From: an uncultured delta proteobacterium
Lineage (GTDB): Bacteria; Desulfobacterota; Binatia; UBA9968
Assembly (NCBI GenBank): GCA_963745035.1
Contig: CAVUVW010000013.1
Location: forward strand, 928,001-992,000
Length of the DNA: 64,000 nucleotides
Direction: 5' to 3'
Shown: piece after piece, positions 1 through 10,597 of the stretch
How the letters are laid out: each line of letters opens with the position of its first letter
Numbering within the stretch: position 1 is the stretch's first letter
Notes under the pieces: model-generated
What the model was told of the DNA's origin: nothing
The model's database searches: none
The model's input: the letters and a program-made list of their open reading frames with translations, nothing else
Translations under genes and position numbers: made by a program

Positions 1-328
1 CGGCACATATCAAGAGCTGGTGAAAAGCCTAACGGCGTGGACAGAGCGGCAATGGGACAATGTCTGGCCGCGCACGGCTGAGTTCCGTTTCGACCTAGAG
101 AACACCATGATCATGGCCGCGCCCAACGGCGCCATGGCCGTCGCGATCGCGCCCTGGACGAGCACCGGATTCCATGAAGATGGAACGCCCTTCGACCGGC
201 CGGGGCGGGCCACGATCGTGCTGGCACGGCAGGCAGACGGGCGCTGGCTCGGTGTTCATTCGCACATGTCGCTGGCGCGCGGCGTGCCGCAGGATAGCCA
301 CGGTAAGCGTCCGGTGAAGGCGCGTTAA
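1..328 (+). CDS. NTF2/SnoaL-like (DUF4440-type) protein, probably 5'-truncated by the window edge
   Basis: C-terminal GRATIVL...W..VHSHMS motif typical of SnoaL-like proteins. Confidence 0.7.
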   Translation, partial: GTYQELVKSLTAWTERQWDNVWPRTAEFRFDLENTMIMAAPNGAMAVAIAPWTSTGFHEDGTPFDRPGRATIVLARQADGRWLGVHSHMSLARGVPQDSHGKRPVKAR

Positions 329-407
329 AGGCGCAAAGGTTTGCCTTTATGGCTGGCGGGAGACTTTGAAAAAGATCCTCGTTAAGACGCGATCGGATGG
401 TGCGAAC

Positions 408-1034
408 TTACAGCGGCTTGATCTGTACATTGCGCCATTTGATTGCGCCGCCCGCCGCGCCTTTCTCAGGGTTGCTAAACTGCAGCGATATCGGACCTTC
501 CGTGAACTGGCCGTGCTGAGCATCCGCAGTCTTGGTACCGTTCAGCACGACGGTCAGATGCGAGCCTTTGGCCGTGATCTCGATTGTATTCCACTTGCCG
601 CCGGCCTTGGGCATCGGTGAAACTTTCGAGACATTGACGATCGCTCCGGTACCGTATTCCGGCTCCGGGCGCTGATCGTAGATATTTGCCTCGTACGCTG
701 TCTTGGAACCGATAGCTTTGAGATCGGAAACACGGAAAAAGATGCCGCTATTGGTGGTGTGATCCGCCCAGAACTCGGCACGAAGCTGAAAATCCCTGAA
801 GGAGTCCTTCGAGACCAGATGGCCGCCTTTGCCTTTGTCGGCGACGATGGCGCCGTCCTCGGCCCGCCAATTGGCGTCGCCGATCCGGTTCCAGTTGTCG
901 AGGGATTTGGGATTGGCGCCGTCGAGAAGAGTCATCCACCCCCGCTCGCCTTGATCCGACATCCATGGCGAGCACGCGCTCATCGCGAGTCCGATAACCA
1001 GCAGCGTCACGGTAGCAGCAGCGAAATGTTTCAT
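408..1034 (-). CDS. DUF1080 (3-keto-disaccharide hydrolase-like) exported/lipoprotein
   Basis: Signal peptide with SAC lipobox; NSGIFFR, GKWNT.EI and GPISLQ motifs; start moved to MKHF after a purine-rich RBS. Confidence 0.85.
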   Translation of the reverse strand: MKHFAAATVTLLVIGLAMSACSPWMSDQGERGWMTLLDGANPKSLDNWNRIGDANWRAEDGAIVADKGKGGHLVSKDSFRDFQLRAEFWADHTTNSGIFFRVSDLKAIGSKTAYEANIYDQRPEPEYGTGAIVNVSKVSPMPKAGGKWNTIEITAKGSHLTVVLNGTKTADAQHGQFTEGPISLQFSNPEKGAAGGAIKWRNVQIKPL

Positions 1035-1087
1035 TGTGCTTTCCCCTTTCACCATTTTTCGCTCGTATTCGAACGCCAATCGGCCGA

Positions 1088-1273
1088 TCACTCTTCCGGC
1101 AAATGCTTTAACTCACGCAACAGCGGCGCGAGATCAACTGTCCTCAACGCGTCGACAGCCGCTTCCCAACGCCCTTCTTCGCAGAGGCCCAGTATGCCCG
1201 CATCTTCGTATGCTTGGAGGGCCGCTTGAATGCATGTTTCGCGAATGCGTTTGACGAGATCTTCCAATTCCAT
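1088..1273 (-). CDS. Small conserved hypothetical protein
   Basis: AYEDAG..GLC.EG.WE.A motif of a recurrent small bacterial protein; GGGAG upstream. Confidence 0.65.
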   Translation of the reverse strand: MELEDLVKRIRETCIQAALQAYEDAGILGLCEEGRWEAAVDALRTVDLAPLLRELKHLPEE

Positions 1274-1760
1274 ATGGCTCCCGGGCAAACGGACCAAAGT
1301 TTATTGTTTGGCGTGGAATCAACTAAACACAGCGAAGAAGAGTATTGCCAATCATCGCCCGTCGAGCTGATTCACAAGCCGCTTTTCTCTACAGATCCTC
1401 CTTCCACATTTCGGAGTTTCGCGCTCTCTCTCAATATGGAACAGCGGGGCGCCGTGTCAACGGCATATCCCATCGGACCGGAATTCATTAACTGTCGCCG
1501 ATCAGCATCTTGAGCCGGCGGTTTCCTTTTTACACCTGCCGTTGAGTCGTAGTGAGGAGCACTGGCAGGAAGCGTTTCCGAGAGGCTTCCGGATCGAGTG
1601 TCACAGATTGCGCCTCAGGGCAGACGATCTACTTTCCGCTCAATGAATAGGGTGACATTTCGCTTAACTATCAAATCCCAGAAGAATGCGCTTGACAAGA
1701 TGAGCATGCCGGAGATAGCGATGAGTCTATCTCGAACGGGTCTCACCAAGGAGATTATTC

Positions 1761-2531
1761 ATGCCAGCAATCCGACACATGGCTATGTGCACCGAGAACA
1801 ATCGGCGCCTCGCGCGCTTTTACCGCTTGATCTTCGGCATGGACGAGGTCTGGAACTACGAGCAAAACAGCCCGCATGCGTTTTATGTCGGTGACGGCTA
1901 TTTCAACCTGAATTGCCTGCAGATTCATCGCACCATGGCCGAGCAGAAGCGCGACGTTGGCATTAACCATTACGGTTTCAAGGTCGAAAGCATCAAGGAA
2001 ATCGGTGAGAAGCTCGGTCAACTGAATCCACCCATCAAATTTGCAGACAGGCCGAAGGACGGCCGCTATACTGAGATCCGGATCAAGGATCCAGACGGCA
2101 ACGGTGTCGATATCGCCGAGAAGGGCTGGGGTGCCGAAGAAGAAACGAGGAATCCGGGAGTGCGGCATGTCGGCATCCAAACCGCCGATCCCGAGCGGTT
2201 AGCCGACTTCTACAAATTTGTTTTCGCGATGAAAGAAGTCGGCCGCAGCGAAACCGCGGCCGGCGCCGCCATCTATCTCTCCGACGGCACCATCAATCTC
2301 GGCCTGACCAAAGGGGCACCCGCTCCCGGCGCCGGCATTCAGGTGCTGGGGTTCCAAGTGCCGAGCCTGCGCGAAGTCGAACAGCAGATAAAAAAACCGC
2401 TCGGCCTCACCTATCCCGGCGAACCAGCGCTGGAGATGCTCCAGCCGGCGGAGGGCCCGTACAAAGTCACGCGGATGAAGGACCCTGACGGCAATCAACT
2501 CGACCTTTCCGAAGAAGGCTGGCCGCTTTAA
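1761..2531 (+). CDS. Tandem VOC/glyoxalase family protein
   Basis: Two repeats with RH, FY..FG and KDPDGN motifs; AGGAG RBS. Confidence 0.9.
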   Translation: MPAIRHMAMCTENNRRLARFYRLIFGMDEVWNYEQNSPHAFYVGDGYFNLNCLQIHRTMAEQKRDVGINHYGFKVESIKEIGEKLGQLNPPIKFADRPKDGRYTEIRIKDPDGNGVDIAEKGWGAEEETRNPGVRHVGIQTADPERLADFYKFVFAMKEVGRSETAAGAAIYLSDGTINLGLTKGAPAPGAGIQVLGFQVPSLREVEQQIKKPLGLTYPGEPALEMLQPAEGPYKVTRMKDPDGNQLDLSEEGWPL

Positions 2532-2576
2532 CGCGTTCTGTTCGTCAGCGGCGCCCTAAACATCCTTTCGTGCTTT

Positions 2577-3620
2577 GTGAAATTCGCAATCATGAATGGC
2601 TTTTGCCGGCATAGTACTGCCCGCTTGAGTGCGATTAGAAACGGATTCTGGGCGTTCGCTCTGATGGCTTTGCATCTTTTGGCGTCCGGCGCGTCGGCAC
2701 AGCCCACGCGTCTGTCGGTAGCCTACACGGGCGTAGGTCCCACCCATCTGCCGGTATGGATTGCAAAAGAGGCCGGTATCTTCGCGCGCAACGGACTCGA
2801 TGTGCAGATCATCAGGGCACAAGCCGCAGTGGCGGCCATGTCGCTCATCTCCGGTGAAGTGGGTTTTATCCAGGCGGCCGCGCCGGCAGTTGTCTTGAGC
2901 AACTTGAGCGGCTCAGGAACGGTCTATGTTGCCAGCGGGTATGTCGGTCTCGACTATTGGCTCGTCAGCTTGCCGAAGATCAAAAATGGTGAGCAGCTAA
3001 AGGGCGGCATCGTCGGCGTCTCCGGATTGACCGGCGCCTCGTTTACCGCAACGCAACTGGCGCTAAAGAAGCTTGGTCTCAATCCCGGCAAAGATGTTTC
3101 GATTCTCGCTGTCGGCGGCACTCCGGAACGGCTGGCGGCATTGCGCAGCGGCCGCATCCAAGCCACTTTGCTAAATCCGCCGACGATTTTCATGGCGGAG
3201 CGCCAGGGCTTTCATATCTTGGCCGATGTGAGCAACCTGCCGTTTCAAAACAACGGTGTTGTCGCCACGAGAAAATTCATACGCGAGCAGCCGAACATCG
3301 TCCGTCGCTATGTCAAATCGCAGGTCGAAGCCGTGCATATCATGAAGACGGATCGCAAGACCGGTCTTAAAATATTCACCAAACATCTCGGCGGCGGGCG
3401 CGACGCCGACCCGCAGATCACCGAAAAAAGCTACGACGTGTCGATCACCGACGATAAATTTCCGCGCAACCAGTATCCGTCGCTCGAAGGGATCAAGCTC
3501 GTCATCGACTCCTTGGGCGAACGAGGTAAGGACGCCAAATCCGCGGATTTCGTCGATGCGACGTTTGTCCGAGAACTCGACGAGAGCGGCTTTACCCGCG
3601 ATCTCTACCAGCAGCGATAG
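2577..3620 (+). CDS. NitT/TauT (SsuA-like) ABC substrate-binding protein
   Basis: WIAKEAGIF..NGLDV, LGLNPGKDV, ERLAAL.SG motifs; start uncertain. Confidence 0.88.
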   Translation: MKFAIMNGFCRHSTARLSAIRNGFWAFALMALHLLASGASAQPTRLSVAYTGVGPTHLPVWIAKEAGIFARNGLDVQIIRAQAAVAAMSLISGEVGFIQAAAPAVVLSNLSGSGTVYVASGYVGLDYWLVSLPKIKNGEQLKGGIVGVSGLTGASFTATQLALKKLGLNPGKDVSILAVGGTPERLAALRSGRIQATLLNPPTIFMAERQGFHILADVSNLPFQNNGVVATRKFIREQPNIVRRYVKSQVEAVHIMKTDRKTGLKIFTKHLGGGRDADPQITEKSYDVSITDDKFPRNQYPSLEGIKLVIDSLGERGKDAKSADFVDATFVRELDESGFTRDLYQQR

Positions 3621-4039
3621 CTTCGCAACGTCACAGCGTCAGCAAAATCACTTCATCCTACTCGCCCGAAGCCACGGCCGTCGCGAGTGTAGCCGGGCTC
3701 ACGCGCGCAATCTTTGTTAGCACTCAGAACCGATCCTCGCGGCTTGGCGAAATCAAAAAATTGTTGGTTCTGTTCAACCCGATCTGTCTACCGGGAAATC
3801 GCGTGGTATGGCGGTATTTAACCATCCCGTAACAAAAAAAGCCGCGCCATCTCATAATGTCTGGCGGTCATCATCGAGTGAGCTGCGGGTACGACGTGAA
3901 CGAAGGACGGGCAATTCGCCTGATATTGACAGCGGCTTGCACCGCAGTGGTACATTCCATGCTTCCTGTTAGCTGACACCACGTAGTCCGAGCCGAGTTT
4001 TATGAGCCAGCAGCAAAAATTATTGAAGGAGCGAATACA

Positions 4040-5101
4040 ATGCGTGCAGCGCGAATGCATGGTTACCGGCAGCCGCTTGTTCTCAAAGATGTCAAAGTTC
4101 CCGAAATAGCTGCCAATGAGGTCTTGTTGAAAGTCGCGGCGGCCGGCATGTGCCGGACCGACGCTCAGATGGTGGACGGCTATTTCGAGAAGTATCATCC
4201 GCTGACGTTTCCGATCACTCCCGGTCACGAAATCGCCGGCACTGTCGAAAAGATGGGCAGCCTCGTGCCTAAAACGGCTGCATTGACCGAAGGCGACCTG
4301 GTCGTCGTCGTCGGAGGTATGGGCGACGGCACCTGCCGCCTCTGCCAAGCAGGCAACACGCAGATTTGCGGGCACGGGAAATGGCCGGGATTCGGTCCGC
4401 CCGGCGGTTATGGAGAGTTTGTCCCTGTGCCTTACGAATATCTCATCCGCATCGACAAAAAATATAATCTGAAAGCCGAAGAGCTGGCGCCGCTGACTGA
4501 TGCGGGGCTCACGCCGTACAGAGGCATCAAGAAATTGCGCGACGCGGGAGCGCTTGGGCCGGACAGGGTTATGGCGGTGATCGGTATCGGCGGCCTGGGA
4601 GCTTACGCCGTCCAGTACGCGAAGCTGTTTGCGTCCGGGGCAACGGTGGTCGCGTTCGGCAGGAACGACGACAAGCTGGCGGTGGCAAAAGAATACGGCG
4701 CGGATCACGTGATCAACATCAAGGACAAATCCATCAACGATATCCGTGCCGAGTTGAACCTGGCGACCGGCCACAAAGAGATTAACGCCGCGGTGGACTG
4801 CGTCGGCGCCGAAGAGACCATTCAGATGGGATTCAATCTGCTCGCCACGGAGGGCACGTACTGCTCCGTCGGGCTGGTCGGCACGCGCATCGACATTCCG
4901 CTTTTCCCGTTCGTCGCCCGCGAGTTCACCTATCGCGGCTCCTTTTGGGGCAACTACAACGATCTGAGCGAAGTCATCGCGTTGGCCCAGCAGGGAAAGA
5001 TCAAGCACACACTGAAGAAAGTCCGGTTCGACGACATCAACGAGGCCCTGGAACAGCTGCGCGACGGCGACGTCATCGGACGCGCCGTCGTCACCTTCTG
5101 A
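4040..5101 (+). CDS. Zn-dependent NAD(P) alcohol dehydrogenase
   Basis: GMCRTD, GHE and GIGGLG motifs; GAAGGAG RBS. Confidence 0.92.
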   Translation: MRAARMHGYRQPLVLKDVKVPEIAANEVLLKVAAAGMCRTDAQMVDGYFEKYHPLTFPITPGHEIAGTVEKMGSLVPKTAALTEGDLVVVVGGMGDGTCRLCQAGNTQICGHGKWPGFGPPGGYGEFVPVPYEYLIRIDKKYNLKAEELAPLTDAGLTPYRGIKKLRDAGALGPDRVMAVIGIGGLGAYAVQYAKLFASGATVVAFGRNDDKLAVAKEYGADHVINIKDKSINDIRAELNLATGHKEINAAVDCVGAEETIQMGFNLLATEGTYCSVGLVGTRIDIPLFPFVAREFTYRGSFWGNYNDLSEVIALAQQGKIKHTLKKVRFDDINEALEQLRDGDVIGRAVVTF

Positions 5102-5111
5102 CGGGCTCAAG

Positions 5112-5423
5112 ATGAAGCTGACGGAGTTATCGCAGCGCTGCTCGTATTTTCACAAAACCGTCATTGGATTTTTGGTCGTCTTTTCCGCAATCTCATGGGG
5201 AGCTATCGCCATGGCACAGTCCAAAGAGCAAATCGAGACACGCAACAAGGCCGCCGTTCAGTCTGGCTTCGACGCCTGGAAAGCGGGCACCGGCAGCCCG
5301 TACGACTTGCTCGCCGAAGACGCGAGCTGGACCATCGTCGGCCACTCGGCGGCATCGAAGACCTATCCGAGCAAGGAAGCCTTCATCAGCGAGGTGATCC
5401 GGACGTTCAAGGAGCAGGCCTGA
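5112..5423 (+). pseudogene. Truncated NTF2/SnoaL-like exported protein
   Basis: N-terminal half only (F.AW..G...LL.EDA.WTI.G); the ORF stops before the beta-sheet half. Confidence 0.6.
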
Positions 5424-5602
5424 ATCTGGATTCTCTTTGCAGTTACCGCGCGGGAAGCGGGCCCTGTCGGAAAGTTTTTTGTAGCTCGATCATTTCGGCG
5501 TCGCGCGGCATTTCGCGATCGCTTTCTGGGCGGGCCCGGTGTTAGTGCCCTGGGCTTTAGCTACGTTTTTGGAGTCACGGACACGAGCGCGTTCCGGTGG
5601 TC

Positions 5603-6349
5603 TTAAAGATACTTGGTCGGACGGCGGATGGTGCGCCACATGTGCGCGACGGGGCTGTTGTCGAAGCCCAAACCCTCCTTCGGCTGCTTGAAGTTGCGCC
5701 CGACGATATCCTCGAAAGGTTCCCAGCTCACCACCGCGTTGGGGTCGAAGGAGTAGATGTCGTGCACGGTGATCATGCGCGCGCTCATGTACCACTTGTG
5801 ATCGCGGGCGCGCTTGTACGCATCTTTGATGTAGTCGTCGGGCTCGTAGTCGCGCCCGAAATGTTTGACGTACATTTCCGGATACGCATAGCCGGCCGAT
5901 TCGTCGGGGAAGAAGCGCAGCGCCTGGTGCGCGCGCACTGCCCAGGTCACCTCCTCGTCCACGTAGGGCTCGATCAATTGCGCGCCCCAGTAGCCATGGT
6001 CGCTTTTGATGAAGATGGCATTGGAGATATCGTGCAAGAGGCACGCGAGAATCGTCTTCTCCGGCATCGACGCCTTGAGCGCGTGGTTGGCGCTTTGCAG
6101 CATATGGTTGATGCCGCTGGCGCGGTACGTGAAATAGTCTAGCAACGTCGGCTTGGCCGGCATCTTCGGCAGCCGCGGATCATCGTCCATCAGTTGATAC
6201 TTGTCGCCTTTGGAAGCCGGGTTGATCGCTCCGAGCTTGCCGTCCGCCATATTGAACAACGCCGACTTCGAGATCAGCACGTCGAGCTCGTCGCTCATCT
6301 TTCGCTCCAGCGCATCGGCGCGCTCGTTTAGTGACATCCCTTCAGCCAT
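5603..6349 (-). CDS. HD-domain protein (PhnZ/MIOX-like diiron oxygenase-type motif pattern)
   Basis: HMLQSA...LLHDI...DH...VRAH; GGAGG RBS. Confidence 0.8.
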   Translation of the reverse strand: MAEGMSLNERADALERKMSDELDVLISKSALFNMADGKLGAINPASKGDKYQLMDDDPRLPKMPAKPTLLDYFTYRASGINHMLQSANHALKASMPEKTILACLLHDISNAIFIKSDHGYWGAQLIEPYVDEEVTWAVRAHQALRFFPDESAGYAYPEMYVKHFGRDYEPDDYIKDAYKRARDHKWYMSARMITVHDIYSFDPNAVVSWEPFEDIVGRNFKQPKEGLGFDNSPVAHMWRTIRRPTKYL

Positions 6350-6619
6350 GGCTTGGCCCTCCTATAAGATTAGGCAAGATACAAGGCAACAGTAAGAAAA
6401 CAACCGCTTCAAATCGTTCCACAGTTCTTCGCGAATCTGCTTTTCTCTAGCTCGGCAACAAGGGAGTTGTCAATGAATTGTTGCTTCGCGACAGCTCCAG
6501 TGGTTCCAGCGTTCCAATCGTTCCAGGTGTTCGGCGACCGCCGGTCGCCACTTCCTTTTTCGCGGTGCTGTTTGCGTCCTTGTGGTTAGTCGATTCGGAC
6601 CAACATTTTTTGCCATTCT

Positions 6620-7888
6620 GTGGTGATTTCGGCGTTGATCTGGCATAGCTGGGAAGATCGCGCTGCTCCCGACATGCCACTCTCCCGCAACATAGTTCTG
6701 CTGCTCTGCGCCGGCGTCGTAACAATGACATCCATCGGCATGAATTCTTTCAGCCTGTTTCTGCGACCCATCGAGGCGGAATTCGGCTGGTCTCGGACCA
6801 CCGCTACGATGCCGTACATGTTCGGCATGCTCGGCTGGGCGGTGGGCGGCGTCTTCTTTGGCAAACTCGCCGACGACTTGGGCGCTCGCAAGGTCATTCT
6901 CGCCGGAATTCTGCTCATGGCGGCAGGTTTTTTCGGCATGGGCCTTTCGCAGAACTTGTGGCAACTGTCGCTCACGTACGGCATCCTGGTCGGGCTGGCG
7001 AAAGGAGCAGCCGGACTCGTGATCATCTCGCTCCTTGTCGCCAAGCACTACCAGGCCAATCGCCGAGGGCTCGCCGTCAGCGTCATACAGACGGCCGCGC
7101 CGCTGAGCCCGGTGTTCTTTTCTCCGCTGCTTTACTTCTTGATCGAAAGGTTCGATTGGCGCGCCGCGGCCTTGGCCAGCGGCGTCCTGCTCCTCGCGGT
7201 GGCATTTCCCCTGGGTTGGTTGGGCGCGCGCGACCCGCATGATGTCGCGACCGCGCGGCGGGACCGCGCAAGTTGGGGAAGTTGTCTTCCCTACCTGCGC
7301 GATCGTTCGATGATCATGATGTTCGCAGCGCGATTTTCTTGCGGCGTGGCTTTGTTTCAGACCGTCCATCTTGTGGCGATCGCGCTCAGCAAAGGTTTCG
7401 ATGCCGCCACCGGAGCAATCGCTCTCGGCGTTTTTGGCGGAGCGGCGGCGGTGTCGGCGCTGCTTTTCGGCTGGCTCTCGGACCATTACGGGCGAGCGCA
7501 TGTGCTCGCTCTCACCTACCTTGTGCGCGGCCTGGGCACCTTGGTCCTTTCCCTGGATATGACGAACGAGCTTTTCTTTTACGCCGTCGTGGCGCTCGCG
7601 ATGGGCCCCACCTTCGGCACGATCGCGGTGCAAAACGTGATGTTCTACGAGCTTGTCGGACCGAGAATGGCGGGAGTGATCCTGGGCTTGAGCTTCATCG
7701 TCCACCAGATCGGCTCCGCCGGCGGTCCGATGCTGGCGAGCGTCGCCTACGACATGACCGGCAGCTACGACGGCTTCATGCTCATCATGGGCGTGATTCT
7801 CCTGGCCTCCGCGGCGCTCGTCTATAGCTCGATCTCAGGGAAGCCCATCGCGGCGACCACTCTCAGCGTCAGTGAAGCGCGCACTTGA
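6620..7888 (+). CDS. MFS transporter
   Basis: About 12 TM segments; G.LAD.LG.R and GWLSD.YGR motifs; true start possibly 6674. Confidence 0.9.
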   Translation: MVISALIWHSWEDRAAPDMPLSRNIVLLLCAGVVTMTSIGMNSFSLFLRPIEAEFGWSRTTATMPYMFGMLGWAVGGVFFGKLADDLGARKVILAGILLMAAGFFGMGLSQNLWQLSLTYGILVGLAKGAAGLVIISLLVAKHYQANRRGLAVSVIQTAAPLSPVFFSPLLYFLIERFDWRAAALASGVLLLAVAFPLGWLGARDPHDVATARRDRASWGSCLPYLRDRSMIMMFAARFSCGVALFQTVHLVAIALSKGFDAATGAIALGVFGGAAAVSALLFGWLSDHYGRAHVLALTYLVRGLGTLVLSLDMTNELFFYAVVALAMGPTFGTIAVQNVMFYELVGPRMAGVILGLSFIVHQIGSAGGPMLASVAYDMTGSYDGFMLIMGVILLASAALVYSSISGKPIAATTLSVSEART

Positions 7889-7904
7889 ACCGCGCTACCA
7901 ATTT

Positions 7905-8153
7905 GAATTTTGGATTTTAGATTTTCGATTTCGGAAAAGCGTTGAGATGCGATTGATGATTCGGAATCTGATAGCCTCGGATTCAGAAATTCCTCCCGCC
8001 AAGGCGCAAAAGCGCCAGGCAACACGCCCCCGTATTTTTCTGAACAGAACGTGAGGGCTCTAAGAAAGATTTTTCCCCTTGGTCGAAATGACACTCGGGT
8101 CCCTTTGCGCCTGCGCGTCCCTTCGACGGCGCTCAGGACATGCTATGCGGGAG
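7905..8153. repeat. Intergenic REP-like composite: heptamer run plus GCGCAAAG/CTTTGCGC palindrome with nested CCCTTCGAC...CTCAGGACATGC module
   Basis: ttttgga-ttttaga-ttttcga; cgccaaggcgcaaa (~7997) pairs with ctttgcgcc (~8103). Confidence 0.6.
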
Positions 8154-8286
8154 ATACTTCGACCTTTGCTCGGGGCCCGCGCTTGTATGGATCCGTGCTG
8201 CTCGTATAGGATTCACGCCGCAACGACTCAGAACTTCTCGATCCGGAAGGTTGGCAGAACGTCGGTAATCTCGGAGGGAGGCCACT

Positions 8287-9345
8287 ATGAAGAACGGCAA
8301 TATCCGCTTTGCCTTGTCCGGCGCCTGCGCTCTCTGGAGCTTTCTCATCTGGACCGGCTCGGCGCCGGCTCAAGCGCCGTTCTATCAGGATAAGACGATC
8401 ACCGTAGTCGCCGGCACCGACGCGGGCGGCACCGCCGACCTGCGCATCAAGACCGTCGTTGCGTCACTGCGCAAACATATTCCGGGGAATCCGACGATCG
8501 TCGTCGACTACATGCCCGGCGGCGGCGGGCGCAAGGCCGCAAACCATGTCTTTAGAACATCGCGCCCCGACGGCCTCACCATCGGCGCCATGCTCTCGTC
8601 TTTGGTGCCGAGCGCGGTCACCGGAGAAACCGGCGTACTCTACGACATCGACAAGCTGATCTATCTGGGCACGCCTTACAGCGGCCACCCGCATATCTTT
8701 CTTAGCCGCGGAGAGTTGGGCGCAAATACTCTGGACAAACTGCGCGCGCTTTCCGGTCTTCGGCTCGGCGCCCAGTCGGTGGGGCATACGATCTATTACA
8801 CGGGAAGAATGTTCACCTATCTGATCGGCCTGAAAGAGCCCAGGTCCGTCATCGGCTACAGCGGCCCCGAGCTCGACATCGCTTTCTTGCGCGGCGAAGT
8901 GGACATCCGAACCAACCATCCTGACAATCCCCTGCGCCAGCGGTGGTTCGATAAAGATCTGGTGCATGTCCACGGGATCATCGAAGTCCCCAAAGGCCGG
9001 CCTCATTCGCATTCCCGCTATGCCACGCTCCCCGATCTTGAAACCTTCGCGAAAAGCGACAAGGAGCGAAAACTCGTGGCCATGCACCGAACCTTCCAGT
9101 TGGCCGGTTCACCGTTCGTGCTCCCACCCGGAACGCCGCCCGAACGTGTGGAGGCCTTGCGCGAAGCGATGCGCCGCACATTCAAGGATCCCGAGTTTCT
9201 CAAGGAGTACAAAAAGACCGGCGACGACTCGCCGCCGCTGATGCCGGAGGAGCTCGAGCGCGTGATCAAAAATCTGCCGCGCGAGCCCGAGGTCGTGGAG
9301 CTTTTCAAAAATCTTTTCGGTGCCGGACCGCTCCCGCCGCGCTGA
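8287..9345 (+). CDS. Bug/TctC tripartite tricarboxylate transporter substrate-binding protein
   Basis: FY.DKTIT, HIPGNPTIVV..MPGGGG, PDGLTIG, PPGTP motifs. Confidence 0.88.
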   Translation: MKNGNIRFALSGACALWSFLIWTGSAPAQAPFYQDKTITVVAGTDAGGTADLRIKTVVASLRKHIPGNPTIVVDYMPGGGGRKAANHVFRTSRPDGLTIGAMLSSLVPSAVTGETGVLYDIDKLIYLGTPYSGHPHIFLSRGELGANTLDKLRALSGLRLGAQSVGHTIYYTGRMFTYLIGLKEPRSVIGYSGPELDIAFLRGEVDIRTNHPDNPLRQRWFDKDLVHVHGIIEVPKGRPHSHSRYATLPDLETFAKSDKERKLVAMHRTFQLAGSPFVLPPGTPPERVEALREAMRRTFKDPEFLKEYKKTGDDSPPLMPEELERVIKNLPREPEVVELFKNLFGAGPLPPR

Positions 9346-9451
9346 ATTTCAGCAAGACAGTCGCCAATCGCTCCAGCGGTTCCAGTCGTTTCAAAGCCTA
9401 AAAACGATCGGACCGCGCTGCCATCAACGCTTCGTGGGATGCAGCATCGAC

Positions 9452-10522
9452 TTATTTTCGTGTGATAAACAGCTGCTGCATCAGCTTGTCCCACTCGGCG
9501 TATTTCTTTTCCGCTTCTTCGACGCCGTATTTCTCGTCGATGTAGGATTTCTTGAATTTTTGTGTCAATGATCCGATGTCTTCGCGGGGCGACCAGAGGC
9601 CGCCCTTCTGGATCATCAGTTGACCTTCCTTGGAATGGAGCCAGTCGAGGAAGAGCAAGGCTGCGTGGGGATGAGGCGCCTTGAGGGTCAAGCCGGAATA
9701 CGCAACCGTGGTCACGACCGGTTCGAGCGGGCGCCAGTCCACCGGCGCGCCTTTTTGCTTGGCTTGGGTGATGTTGGCGTCGAAAATCGTCGGCGACAGC
9801 GGCACTTCCCCCGAGACCACCAGGCCGGACAGCGCCGCTCCGGACATGTTTTGCACTTTCACATCCTGCTCGGCGAGCTTATCCATATATTCCCGGCCGA
9901 AGGCTTCCAGCGTGCTGCCGATCCAGCGCGTTCCCGTCGAGGTGCTGACGATGGACATCTTGCCTTTCCACTTGGGATTCAATAGATCGAGCATGATTTT
10001 CGGCGCCTCGGCCGGCGGAATCACCGTGGTATTGAAGCCCAGGCTGGCGTAAGTCTCGTAGTGGCCGACATAATAGAAACCGTTCTTGCCCTTGTGTTTG
10101 ACGTCTTCGGGATAACTGCGCGCTTCCGGAACATGGTGCTCTAGAAATACTCCCTCGCGTTTCATCAGATCCATCTGCTCGCCGGTCGTGGCGATCACGT
10201 CGGCGATGTACTGGCCGGCGCGAATTTCCTCCAACGCCCGCTTGATCAAGGTTCGTCCATCGGTGCGGTACTCGGTCACCTTGATGAACGGGTACTTTTT
10301 CTCGAACTCCTTGGCCATGGTGCGATACCAGGTGTGGGAGCCGTAGAGGGTGAACGCGCCTTCTTTCTTGGCGCCCTCGATCAGGATCTTTTCCCGGTCA
10401 GCGCCTTGATAGAGCGCCAATTGTGCGATCGACGCCGGCGCAGCGGCGGCAAAACAGTCCACCGCAGCGAGCAGCAAAACCGCGTTAAGCCAGTTTTTGG
10501 TTATCCGAACAAAGCGGCCCAT
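9452..10522 (-). CDS. Extracellular solute-binding protein (Fe3+/AfuA-like)
   Basis: GAKKEG, FEKKYP.I, DLLNPKWKG, APHPHAA.LF.DW..S.EGQ motifs. Confidence 0.88.
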   Translation of the reverse strand: MGRFVRITKNWLNAVLLLAAVDCFAAAAPASIAQLALYQGADREKILIEGAKKEGAFTLYGSHTWYRTMAKEFEKKYPFIKVTEYRTDGRTLIKRALEEIRAGQYIADVIATTGEQMDLMKREGVFLEHHVPEARSYPEDVKHKGKNGFYYVGHYETYASLGFNTTVIPPAEAPKIMLDLLNPKWKGKMSIVSTSTGTRWIGSTLEAFGREYMDKLAEQDVKVQNMSGAALSGLVVSGEVPLSPTIFDANITQAKQKGAPVDWRPLEPVVTTVAYSGLTLKAPHPHAALLFLDWLHSKEGQLMIQKGGLWSPREDIGSLTQKFKKSYIDEKYGVEEAEKKYAEWDKLMQQLFITRK

Positions 10523-10597
10523 GATTAGCCTCCGGTTATCGATGGTGTTCCCGGTTTAAGTTCAAGGTCACTTGGAAAACACTTCGCGGCGCCCTTT

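Noticed and set aside
3818-5110. Long antisense ORFs (also 6470-7705, 31640-32821, 35871-37082, 39565-40851)
   Set aside because: Shadows of well-supported genes on the opposite strand in GC-rich DNA; no motifs.
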